Position numbers and translations under genes: made by a program. This document shows positions 25,487-33,722 of a stretch of 64,000 nucleotides of DNA, piece after piece. Under the pieces are notes generated by a model. That model was given only the letters and a program-made list of their open reading frames with translations, was not told the origin of the DNA and did not search any database. Positions within the stretch are counted from its first letter, which is position 1. Every line of letters starts with the position of its first letter. This DNA is from an uncultured Eubacteriales bacterium (GTDB lineage: Bacteria > Bacillota > Clostridia > Oscillospirales > UMGS1783), in NCBI GenBank assembly GCA_934456365.1, contig CAKSHC010000002.1, positions 160,508 through 224,507 on the forward strand, read 5' to 3'.

Positions 25487-26515
25487 TTGAGCAGTATTCT
25501 TGATATCATCAACGTCCCCATCGGATGGCTGATGAGCTGGCTGTATTCCTTTACGCAGAACTACGGACTGGCCATCCTTCTTTTGGCCGTGCTGACCAAG
25601 CTCCTGCTGATCCCGCTGGGCATCAAGCAGCAGAAGGGCCAGCTTTCTCAGATGAAATTTGCGCCGCGGGTGCGCCGGATCCAGGAAAAGTATGCCAACG
25701 ATCCCACCCGGCAGCAGCAGGAGATGCAGAAGCTCCAGGCCGAGGGCTACAGCCCCACCGCCGGCTGCTCGACTCTGCTGATCCAGTTTCCGATCCTGAT
25801 CGGTATCTACAACGTCATCCGCTACCCGCTCCAGTATGTCTGCGGCCTGTCCAAGGACATCATCGAGCAGCTGCTGACGCTCTACAACTCCACCTTCGGC
25901 ACCGAAATGACGGCGCAGACGGCCGAGTATCAGGTCAAGATCGTCGACGCGCTCAACAAGGGCTGGGACGCTTCGTCCATCCTGGGCGACAAGGTGGTTT
26001 CCCTGAACCTGGACTTCCTCGGGATGAACCTTTCCGAGGTGCCGGCCAAGATCAATTATTTCCTGCAGTCGATCATCCCCATTCCCAGCTTCACCGACTG
26101 GCTCTGGATCATCCCGGTTGTGTCGGCGCTGACGGCGGCTCTGAGCACCATCATCGCCAACAAGATGGGCCCCTCGCGCTATATGCAGAACCCCGCTCAG
26201 AATCCGGGCAGCAAGAGCACCATGATCCTGATGAATGTTCTGGGGCCGTATATGTCGTATGCCATTGCGTTTTCTGTGCCGGCCGGTCTGGGCTTCTACT
26301 GGATCTGCTCCAACATTCTGATGGCGGTTCAGGCCTTTGTTCTCAATAAGGTTTACGATCCGAAGAAGTATAAGGAACAGTTCGAGCGGGAAGAGGCCGA
26401 GCGCATCGCCCGCCGCAAGAAGAAAAAGGCCGCCGCGGCCCGGATTGCCGCCGAACAGAAAAAGCAGCTTGCCTCGGCGCCCGAGGATTCGGCCGAATCC
26501 GAAAAGGAAGAGTGA
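25487..26515 (+). CDS. yidC: YidC/Oxa1-family membrane protein insertase (short Firmicute type)
   Basis: TTG start 7 nt after GGAGG. The track ORF start 25331 runs through yidD out of frame. 5-TM core with a C-terminal basic tail. Confidence 0.8.
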   Translation: MSSILDIINVPIGWLMSWLYSFTQNYGLAILLLAVLTKLLLIPLGIKQQKGQLSQMKFAPRVRRIQEKYANDPTRQQQEMQKLQAEGYSPTAGCSTLLIQFPILIGIYNVIRYPLQYVCGLSKDIIEQLLTLYNSTFGTEMTAQTAEYQVKIVDALNKGWDASSILGDKVVSLNLDFLGMNLSEVPAKINYFLQSIIPIPSFTDWLWIIPVVSALTAALSTIIANKMGPSRYMQNPAQNPGSKSTMILMNVLGPYMSYAIAFSVPAGLGFYWICSNILMAVQAFVLNKVYDPKKYKEQFEREEAERIARRKKKKAAAARIAAEQKKQLASAPEDSAESEKEE

Positions 26516-26520
26516 GAACT

Positions 26521-27357
26521 ATGAAAAGAGAAGTCGTTGCGACCGGTAAGGATATCGACGAAGCCATCGATTCCGCCCTGATCGAGCTGGGTGTGGATCG
26601 GGACGAGGCTTCGGTGGAAATCATTGACGTGCCCTCCCGCGGCTTTCTGGGATTGGGCCGCTGCCCGGCCCGGGTCCGCGTTTGGGTGGGCGAGGACGAG
26701 GAGCCTGCTCCCGCCCCGGCCTCCGCGCCTGCGCCCGCGCCCGTGAAAAAGGAAGCGCCCGCTCCGGCCAAAAAGGAGCGCAGCGAGCGCCCTGAGCGGC
26801 GGGAAAGAGGCTCGCGCCCCGAGAAGCGGGAAAAGCCCCGCGCTCCGCGTGCGGAAAAGCCGCGTGCGCCGCGCCGCGAGGAAAGCGCGCCCGACGCCGA
26901 AACGGTTCAGGCTGCCCGGGAGTATTTCGAAGGGCTTTGCCGTCAGATCGGCCTGCCGGATACCGAGGTTTCCGCCTATGAAACCGAAAACAAAACGCTT
27001 CGTGTGGAGCTCCACGGCGAAGGGATGGGAATGCTCATCGGTAAGGGCGGAGAAACCATGTACGCCCTCCAGTATCTCGCCTCCCTCTCGCTCAACAAGA
27101 GCGAAGGGCAGTTCACCCGCCTGGAGCTTGATATTGAGGGCTACCGCGAAAAGCGCACGGCCGCGCTGGAAAAGCTGGCGCTGCGCACCGCGGAACGCGC
27201 GATCAAGCAGAAGCGCAACATCACCATGGAATATATGCAGCCCTACGAGCGCCGCGTGATCCATGCCACTTTGCAGAACCACGAGTCGGTCAGCACCCGC
27301 TCGGTCGGAGAGGATCCTTTCCGCCGGGTGATCGTGGTCTACGAAGGCCGCCGATAA
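26521..27357 (+). CDS. khpB: RNA-binding protein KhpB/Jag (Jag_N, KH, R3H)
   Basis: MKREVVATGKDIDEAIDSAL (Jag N domain), an acidic/basic low-complexity linker, and a KH plus R3H C-terminus. Confidence 0.85.
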   Translation: MKREVVATGKDIDEAIDSALIELGVDRDEASVEIIDVPSRGFLGLGRCPARVRVWVGEDEEPAPAPASAPAPAPVKKEAPAPAKKERSERPERRERGSRPEKREKPRAPRAEKPRAPRREESAPDAETVQAAREYFEGLCRQIGLPDTEVSAYETENKTLRVELHGEGMGMLIGKGGETMYALQYLASLSLNKSEGQFTRLELDIEGYREKRTAALEKLALRTAERAIKQKRNITMEYMQPYERRVIHATLQNHESVSTRSVGEDPFRRVIVVYEGRR

Positions 27358-27361
27358 GAAG

Positions 27362-27396
27362 AAACGGAGGAGATTCAATCTCCTCCGTTTTTGATT
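27362..27396 (+). terminator. rho-independent terminator after jag
   Basis: Hairpin aaacggaggagat-tcaa-tctcctccgttt followed by ttgatt. Confidence 0.6.
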
Positions 27397-27635
27397 AAGG
27401 AAAGCTTCTGCGCGCGGGTGAGCCGCTTGACGGCCGCCTCCCGGCGCAGCGCTTCGCTGCGCGAGAGGGCCGGCTCTTGATAAACGAGGGAAACCGGGCG
27501 GCGCGAGCGGGTGTATTTTGCGCCGCGGCCGGCGTTGTGGGCGGCAAGGCGCCGGGGCAGATCGTTGGTCATCCCGGTGTAGAGCGTGCCGTCGGCGGTT
27601 TGCAGGATGTATACGGTGTAGGTTTTCTCGTCCAT
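27375..27635 (-). CDS. GIY-YIG nuclease-domain protein (UPF0213-like)
   Basis: 86 aa, YTVYILQTADGTLYTGMTNDLPRRLAAHN. Confidence 0.8.
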   Translation of the reverse strand: MDEKTYTVYILQTADGTLYTGMTNDLPRRLAAHNAGRGAKYTRSRRPVSLVYQEPALSRSEALRREAAVKRLTRAQKLSLIKNGGD

Positions 27636-27706
27636 GGCGGATGCGGCCTTTCCCTTCTTTTGGGTTCAGTATAGCATGGCGCGCCCGCCTTGTCAAAGGC
27701 GGCGGT

Positions 27707-28390
27707 TCAGGAGAAAAGGGCGGCGGCGCGCGGGAAGGCGGGATAAAAATCCAGCCGGTCGAGAAGCTTTGAGAAAAGGCCGATCAGGGAGCCGTTGAAA
27801 AGAGCCATGAGGAGCGTGCCCCAGCCGATCCCCTGGATCCGGCCGAAAAAGGCGAAGGTCATTCCGAGGCTTATCGCGAGGCAGGAGAGGTCCACGATGG
27901 TTTTCAAAAGGGAGATTTTGATCCCGTAGCGCTCGGCGACGGCCTTTACGAAGAAATCATAGACCTGCGGATAGAGATAGGTTTTGAAAAACAGGGCGAC
28001 GGAAAAGGAGGTCAGGACAAAGCCCGCGCCGAAGAGAAGAAGGCGCGCCTCCAAAGCCATGCTGCCGGGCGGGGTTTGCTGCGGATCGAAGAAGGGGATC
28101 TTCCGCCACAGATCGAGCACAAGCCCATAGAGCAGGCAGGTGCCGAAGGAGCAGAGATAGATGGGGCGGAATTTTCGCAGAACCAGGCAAAGCAGGAGGA
28201 AGACTCCGGCCTGGATGAGGTATTCGGCCTGTCCGAAGGTGACAACGCCGGTTTTCAGGCTGAGCAGGTAAGCGGGCGCCACGATCATGGACACCCCGAA
28301 ATCGGCCGCGGAAAGCAGGGAAACGGCCAGCGCCAGCAGCACGATCGCCGCAAAATAAGCAAGCTCGCTTGCGATCCGGATCTTTTTCAT
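27707..28390 (-). CDS. integral membrane protein (YczE/YyaS-like, 6 TM)
   Basis: Hydrophobic profile only. The start is probably MKKIRIA. Confidence 0.45.
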   Translation of the reverse strand: MKKIRIASELAYFAAIVLLALAVSLLSAADFGVSMIVAPAYLLSLKTGVVTFGQAEYLIQAGVFLLLCLVLRKFRPIYLCSFGTCLLYGLVLDLWRKIPFFDPQQTPPGSMALEARLLLFGAGFVLTSFSVALFFKTYLYPQVYDFFVKAVAERYGIKISLLKTIVDLSCLAISLGMTFAFFGRIQGIGWGTLLMALFNGSLIGLFSKLLDRLDFYPAFPRAAALFS

Positions 28391-28624
28391 GGCATTTCTC
28401 CTTTTGATAAAAAACGCCATACGCCCTTTGGGGGCGTATGGCGAAAAATGAGCGATTCTCCGAAAAATCCATACGAATTTTACCCTTTCAGTTTACTCAT
28501 AAAAAGGGGAGCTGTCAAGAGGAAAAGGCGCGGCAAAAGGCCCACGGAGAAACTCTCCATGGGCCTTTCGCCTTCGGTTGAAAGCGCAAGTCTAAAAAAT
28601 TCAGTTTGCGTTCCCAGCGGGAAT

Positions 28625-28797
28625 TTACTGCATGTTGCTTTCATAACGGGAGATCATCTTTTTGACCATCTGCCCGCCGATCGAGCCCGCCTGCTTGGAG
28701 GTAAGGTCGCCGTTATAGCCCTGCTTCAGGGTAACGCCCACCTCACCGGCGCACTCGTTCTTAAAACGATTCAAAGCCTCTTTCGCCTTCGCGTCCA
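28625..28797 (-). CDS. alpha/beta-type small acid-soluble spore protein
   Basis: 57 aa, MDAKAKEALNRFKNECAGEVGVTLKQGYNGDLTSKQAGSIGGQMVKKMI. The SASP signature T-S-K-x-x-G-S-I-G-G is present. GGAGG RBS. The track ORF 28625..28957 has a spurious 53-aa extension. A CACAATA sequence upstream could be a forespore-type -10 element. Confidence 0.8.
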
Positions 28798-28949
28798 TGT
28801 GCTCACCTCCTTTTTTTAGGGTTCGCCTGTATTGTGCGCAGGGCGCGGGAAAATACCCATAGAAAAAACTGGTTTTCGAAAAAAATTCGGAAATTCCCTC
28901 GCCAAGCGGCGCATAAAATGGTATAATAATCGACAAAGGAGAAATCAAT

Positions 28950-29495
28950 ATGCGCATCTGTATTTTCGGAGCCGCCAGCTCGGATATTCATCCCGCCTTT
29001 ATCCGTTCGGCCGAGGCGATTTCCCGCGCGCTTGCCCGGGAAGGGCATTCGCTTGTGTTCGGCGGGGGCTGCAACGGGCTGATGGGCGCGGCGGCCCGCG
29101 GCTTTGCCGCCGAAAACGCCGAGATCATCGGCGTGATCCCGCATTTTCTGGAGGATGAGGGCATCGAGCCTGTTTTCTCCGAAAAATCCCGCCTGATCTA
29201 TACCGAAACCATGCACGAAAGAAAGGCCAAAATGGAAGAGCTGGCCGACGCTTTTCTCATCCTCCCGGGTGGCACCGGCACGCTGGAGGAATTTTTCGAG
29301 GTGCTGACCTTAAAAAAGCTCGGCCGCCACGAAAAGCGCATTCTGGTGTTCAGCCAAAACGGATACTACGATCCGATCCGCGGCATGCTCGAGCGGGTGG
29401 TGGAGGAAAAGTTTTCCGATTCCGGCCTGCTGGATTGCTGCCGGTTCTGCTCTTCGGAAGAGGAAGTTCTGTCGGAATTCAAAAAGGAGAAGTGA
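28950..29495 (+). CDS. LOG family protein (cytokinin riboside 5'-monophosphate phosphoribohydrolase-like, TIGR00730)
   Basis: GGGxxGLMG and PGGxGTxxE motifs. Confidence 0.85.
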   Translation: MRICIFGAASSDIHPAFIRSAEAISRALAREGHSLVFGGGCNGLMGAAARGFAAENAEIIGVIPHFLEDEGIEPVFSEKSRLIYTETMHERKAKMEELADAFLILPGGTGTLEEFFEVLTLKKLGRHEKRILVFSQNGYYDPIRGMLERVVEEKFSDSGLLDCCRFCSSEEEVLSEFKKEK

Positions 29496-29499
29496 TTGC

Positions 29500-30570
29500 A
29501 TGGATCAAACGGTCCAGTCCTTCAAATGCCCATCCTGCGGCTCGCCGCTCAAGTGGGGCGCCGAGAGCGGGAAGTTCGAATGCGCCGCCTGCGGCTCGAT
29601 CTATTCCCTCGAAGAGGTCAAAAACGCCGTTCGCGAAACCGAAAAGGAATTCGAATGGGGCGATTATAAGAAAAACCTCCGCGAGGATCCCATTCCCGCC
29701 ACCGCGTCCTACGTCTGCAAATCCTGCGGCGCGGAGCTGATCGTGGAAGGGACCACCGCGGCCACCCACTGCCCGTACTGCGACAATGTGGTGGTGCTGG
29801 AGCCCAACCTCACCGGCTCGATCCGGCCGAACGCCGTGATCCCCTTCAAGATCGATCAGAAGCGCCTGGCCGAGATCGTGCGCGGCTATGGAAAGGGCAA
29901 GCTTCTGTTGCCCAAGCGCTTTATCAGCGAAAACAAGATCCGCGAGGTGCAGGGGCTGTATGTGCCCTTCTGGCTCTTTTCCACCGGGGTCGACGGCAGC
30001 TGCTCTTTTGAGGCCACCCGCAGCCGCGCCTGGTCGGACAGCGAGTATGATTATGTGGAAACCTCGCATTTCCTGATTTCCTGCGAGGGGGACATGCGCT
30101 TTGAGAAGATCCCCGTGGACGGCTCCTCCCGCATGGACGACGCGCTGATGGATTCCATCGAGCCCTTCGACTATTCCGATTTGGTGGATTTCGACGAGCG
30201 CTACTTATCCGGCTTTCTGGCCGACCGGTTCGACGTCAGCGCCGACCAGAGTCTGCCCCGCGCTTCCTCGCGGGTGAAAAACAGCGCGGAGGATGTGTTC
30301 CGCTCGGCGGTGACGGGGTATGAAACGGTCACGCCGATCTCCTCCGATCTGTCTTTGCAGGATCCTTCGGTGCGCTATGTTTTGCTGCCCGTGTATCTGG
30401 TCACCTCGAAATACGGCGGCAAGCCCTTTACCTTCGCCGTCAACGGTCAGACCGGAAAGATCACCGGCCGGCTTCCCATTTCCTGGGGGCGCTTCTGGGG
30501 CTTTTTCGCTCTCTTCGGAGGGATCTCGGCCGTTGTCTTTACGCTGCTGATGCTGCTGTTTGGCGCTTGA
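29500..30570 (+). CDS. double zinc-ribbon membrane protein, YdjG-like
   Basis: Two CPxCG...CxxCG ribbons (CPSCGSPL...CAACGS and CKSCGAEL...CPYCDN), then a C-terminal TM helix. Size and architecture match B. subtilis YdjG. Confidence 0.55.
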   Translation: MDQTVQSFKCPSCGSPLKWGAESGKFECAACGSIYSLEEVKNAVRETEKEFEWGDYKKNLREDPIPATASYVCKSCGAELIVEGTTAATHCPYCDNVVVLEPNLTGSIRPNAVIPFKIDQKRLAEIVRGYGKGKLLLPKRFISENKIREVQGLYVPFWLFSTGVDGSCSFEATRSRAWSDSEYDYVETSHFLISCEGDMRFEKIPVDGSSRMDDALMDSIEPFDYSDLVDFDERYLSGFLADRFDVSADQSLPRASSRVKNSAEDVFRSAVTGYETVTPISSDLSLQDPSVRYVLLPVYLVTSKYGGKPFTFAVNGQTGKITGRLPISWGRFWGFFALFGGISAVVFTLLMLLFGA

Positions 30571-30584
30571 AGGAGGAAACCGAG

Positions 30585-31385
30585 ATGAAAAAAGCATTGA
30601 AAATTCTGATTCCCATTCTCCTGCTCGCGCTTCTGGCGCTTCCGGTGAGCGCGCAGAGCGCCTCGGTGTTTGACGAGGCGGGGCTTTTTGAAGAGCCCGA
30701 GGCCATCCGGCAAAAGGCCGCCGGGCTGGCGCAGGATTTTTCCATCGATGTGGTGGTTTTGACCGTTGACGATATCGACGGCGCCGATGTCAAGCTTTAC
30801 GCCGCCGATTACTACGATGAAAACGGCTTCGGGGTCGGCGCGGATCGCGACGGGCTGATCTTCTGCATCTGCACCGAGCCGAATAACCGCAGCTTTGCCT
30901 TTGTGACCACCGGGAAGGAAGAATATATCTTCACCGATTCCTCCATCGACCGCATCCTCGCCGAAATCAAGCCCTATCTTTCCGCCGGGGACTACGACGG
31001 AGGCGCGGAGGTCTTTTTTGCCGAGATGCGGCAGGCTAATCTCGACCCGCCCTCGGGGAGAACCAGCGCCGACGAGCCCATCCGGGAGAAGGGGGAGTTT
31101 CCGATCGTGACCGTTTTGGTGGGTGTTGCGATCGGGCTGGTGATCGGATTGATCGTGGTGCTGGCGGAGAAGAAAAAGCTCAATCCCGTGGCGCAGGCGG
31201 CGGGGGCGATGACCTATCTCGTGTCCGACAGCTTCCATCTTCGCGACAAAAGCGAGCTTTTTGCCGGAACGACCGTTTCCCGCACGGCGCGGCCCAAGTC
31301 CGATTCGTCGGGCAGCAGCGGAGGCGGCGGGCATTTCACCTCGTCCAGCGGCTCGAGCCACGGCGGCGGAAGCAGCAGCTTTTAA
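30585..31385 (+). CDS. TPM-domain (TLP18.3/Psb32/MOLO-1) protein, YdjH-like
   Basis: Signal peptide, TPM phosphatase-fold core, TM helix and a Gly/Ser-rich tail. Start at MKKALK behind a GGAGG RBS. Confidence 0.65.
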   Translation: MKKALKILIPILLLALLALPVSAQSASVFDEAGLFEEPEAIRQKAAGLAQDFSIDVVVLTVDDIDGADVKLYAADYYDENGFGVGADRDGLIFCICTEPNNRSFAFVTTGKEEYIFTDSSIDRILAEIKPYLSAGDYDGGAEVFFAEMRQANLDPPSGRTSADEPIREKGEFPIVTVLVGVAIGLVIGLIVVLAEKKKLNPVAQAAGAMTYLVSDSFHLRDKSELFAGTTVSRTARPKSDSSGSSGGGGHFTSSSGSSHGGGSSSF

Positions 31386-31406
31386 TATTGAAAGGAGAAT
31401 TGAATC

Positions 31407-32594
31407 ATGGGACTCATCAAAGCAGGGATCAGATCGGTCGGCGGGGTGCTGGCGGATCAGTGGAAAGAGTTTTTCTATTGCGAAGCGCTGGATAAAGAGG
31501 TGCTGGTCACCAAAGGCAAAAAGCGGGTGAGCGGCCGCTCGTCCAACACCAAAGGCAGCGACAACATCATCACCAGCGGCTCCGGCATCGCCGTGGCTGA
31601 CGGCCAGTGCATGATCATCGTCGAGCAGGGCAAGGTTGTGGAGGTCTGCGCCGAGCCCGGCGAATTCACCTACGACGCTTCCACCGAGCCCAGCGTCTTC
31701 TCGGGCAGCTTCGGCGACAGCCTGAAGAAAACCTTCCAGACCATCGGCAAGCGCTTCACCTTCGGCGGCGATACCGCCAAGGATCAGCGGGTGTATTATT
31801 TCAATACCAAAGAACTCATCGACAATAAATTCGGCACCGCCAACCCCGTCCCCTTCCGGGTGGTCGATTCCAAGATCGGGCTCGATATCGACGTGGCCGT
31901 GCGCTGCGCCGGGGTGTATTCCTATAAGATCGCCGATCCGATTCTGTTCTATACCAATGTCTGCGGCAATGTGGAGGAGGAATACCGGCGCGAAGAGCTC
32001 GATCCCCAGCTCAAGAGCGAATTCATCAGCGCATTGCAGCCTGCGTTCGGACGGTTGTCGGCGCTGGAGATGCGCCCCAACCAGATCGTGCTGCACAACA
32101 CCGAGCTCGAACAGGCCATGAACGAGGCGCTCTCGGCCAAGTGGGGCGAGCTGAGGGGGCTGAAGGTGGTGAGCGTGGCGCTGTCGACCGTCACGCTGCC
32201 GGAGGAAGACGCCGACCTCATCAAGCAGGCGCAGCGCAACGCCATGCTGCGCGACCCGTCGATGGCGGGCGCAACGCTGGTGGGCGCGCAGGCCGAGGCC
32301 ATGAAGGCCGCTGCGGCAAACGAAGCGGGAGCCATGACCGGCTTTATGGGCATGGGCATGGCCATGAACGCCGGCGGCACCAACGCGCAGAACCTTTTCG
32401 CGATGGGTCAGCAAAACCAGCAGCAAGGGCAGCCTGCGGCGCAGGGCGGCTGGCAGTGCGCCTGCGGAGCGGTAAACCAGGGCAACTTCTGCCAAAGCTG
32501 CGGGGCGAAGAAGCCGGAAGCGAAGTTCTGCCAAAACTGCGGCGCGCCCGCCTCGGGCAACTTCTGCCCAAATTGCGGCGCGAAGCTCAACTGA
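31407..32594 (+). CDS. SPFH/band-7-like protein with three C-terminal zinc-ribbons, YdjI-like
   Basis: N-terminal roughly 300-aa SPFH-like core, then a Gln-rich linker, then CACGAV..CQSCGAKK..CQNCGAP..CPNCGAKL. Confidence 0.6.
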   Translation: MGLIKAGIRSVGGVLADQWKEFFYCEALDKEVLVTKGKKRVSGRSSNTKGSDNIITSGSGIAVADGQCMIIVEQGKVVEVCAEPGEFTYDASTEPSVFSGSFGDSLKKTFQTIGKRFTFGGDTAKDQRVYYFNTKELIDNKFGTANPVPFRVVDSKIGLDIDVAVRCAGVYSYKIADPILFYTNVCGNVEEEYRREELDPQLKSEFISALQPAFGRLSALEMRPNQIVLHNTELEQAMNEALSAKWGELRGLKVVSVALSTVTLPEEDADLIKQAQRNAMLRDPSMAGATLVGAQAEAMKAAAANEAGAMTGFMGMGMAMNAGGTNAQNLFAMGQQNQQQGQPAAQGGWQCACGAVNQGNFCQSCGAKKPEAKFCQNCGAPASGNFCPNCGAKLN

Positions 32595-32658
32595 TCGAAA
32601 AAGAAAACGGGCTCCCGGAGAAGGCTTCTCCGGGGCCCTTTCTGCGAGGTGAAATTTC

Positions 32659-33705
32659 ATGAAGAGGAAGATGGGTTTTCTGCTGGCCGCCGTTTTGCTG
32701 ACGGCGCTTCTTGCGATGCCGGTCTGCGCGGCGCGGGCGGTTTCCCGGCCCGACGCGGTGGCCTGGCTGCGCGCGCAGGACAACGCCTACTACGATCTGG
32801 ACGGCGCGTACGGCGCGCAGTGCTCGGATTTTACCACGGCCTATATGAACTGGTGTGTGACCGGCGATCCTTACAGCGGTACCTACGGGGTGTGGAACGC
32901 CTGCGATTATCCCGATGTGGCGCGCGAGGATCCGGCCAACTGGATTGTGATCCCCAATCAGGAGGGGCTGGTGCCCGAGCCCGGCGATATTTTCGTTTCG
33001 GTGGGGAACTACCCCACCCTGGGGCACACCGGGGTGATTCTGGAGGCCCGGAGCGCGGATCGGGTTTCGCTGATCGATCAGAACACCCGCTGGGACGGCG
33101 CGCAGAACGCCACTCTTTATGAGGAAATGTGGATGGCCGGGTCTTATGAGGTCACCTACTACATCCGCTACCGCCACCTCACGGCAGACGGCCATACCCA
33201 CACCTACACCGCCTCGGTGCTGCGCCCGGCGACCTGCAGCGAGCCCGGCGAGCGGAAAATGACCTGCACCTGCGGGGATTCCTATACGGAGGAGATCCCG
33301 CCGGCGGCGCATTCCTTTGCCGAAGTCGAGCGGATCGAGCCGACCTGCGAGAAGGAGGGGCGGCTCCGGCTTCGCTGCTCTGTCTGCGGGGCGGAATCCG
33401 AGGAAACGATCCCAGCTGCCGGACATCAGGAAAAGCGGCTTCCCGGGCGCGCGCCGACGGCCACGGAGCCGGGGCTTGGCGACGGGAAGGTTTGCGCGGC
33501 CTGCGGCGCTGTGCTCCAAAAGCAGGAGGAGATTCCGGCGCTCGGCGCAAAGGAACCGGAGCCCGGTGAGCCACAGGCCGCGGCGGATTCTCCGGGGCCG
33601 GGGCCGCTTTTGTGGATTCTGCTTTCGGCGGGCGTTCTGCTTTTGGCGGGAGCGGGCCTTGCAATCTTTCTGATCCTACGAAAAAAGAAAAGCTCTTCCC
33701 GCTGA
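32659..33705 (+). CDS. secreted CHAP-domain amidase/peptidase with a Cys/His repeat region and a C-terminal membrane anchor
   Basis: Signal peptide; the CHAP Cys (GAQCSDF) and His (GHTGVIL); three approximately 35-aa C-x-C-G...IPAxGH repeats; a C-terminal TM helix followed by RKKKSSSR. Confidence 0.75.
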   Translation: MKRKMGFLLAAVLLTALLAMPVCAARAVSRPDAVAWLRAQDNAYYDLDGAYGAQCSDFTTAYMNWCVTGDPYSGTYGVWNACDYPDVAREDPANWIVIPNQEGLVPEPGDIFVSVGNYPTLGHTGVILEARSADRVSLIDQNTRWDGAQNATLYEEMWMAGSYEVTYYIRYRHLTADGHTHTYTASVLRPATCSEPGERKMTCTCGDSYTEEIPPAAHSFAEVERIEPTCEKEGRLRLRCSVCGAESEETIPAAGHQEKRLPGRAPTATEPGLGDGKVCAACGAVLQKQEEIPALGAKEPEPGEPQAAADSPGPGPLLWILLSAGVLLLAGAGLAIFLILRKKKSSSR

Positions 33706-33722
33706 GGGAAGAGCTTTTTTCA
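33686..33722 (+). terminator. rho-independent terminator after the CHAP gene
   Basis: Hairpin aaagctcttccc-gctga-gggaagagctttt followed by ttca. Confidence 0.55.

Noticed and set aside
24893-27357. Possible chromosomal origin next to the rpmH-rnpA-yidC-jag block.
   Set aside because: There is no dnaA gene and no TTATCCACA boxes. The upstream genes are rbsD and asnS on the same strand.
26353-27696. 447-aa minus-strand ORF opposite jag and the GIY-YIG gene, and 30447..32783 (-) opposite the ydjGHI-like genes.
   Set aside because: Low-complexity basic composition. The sense-strand genes are well supported.
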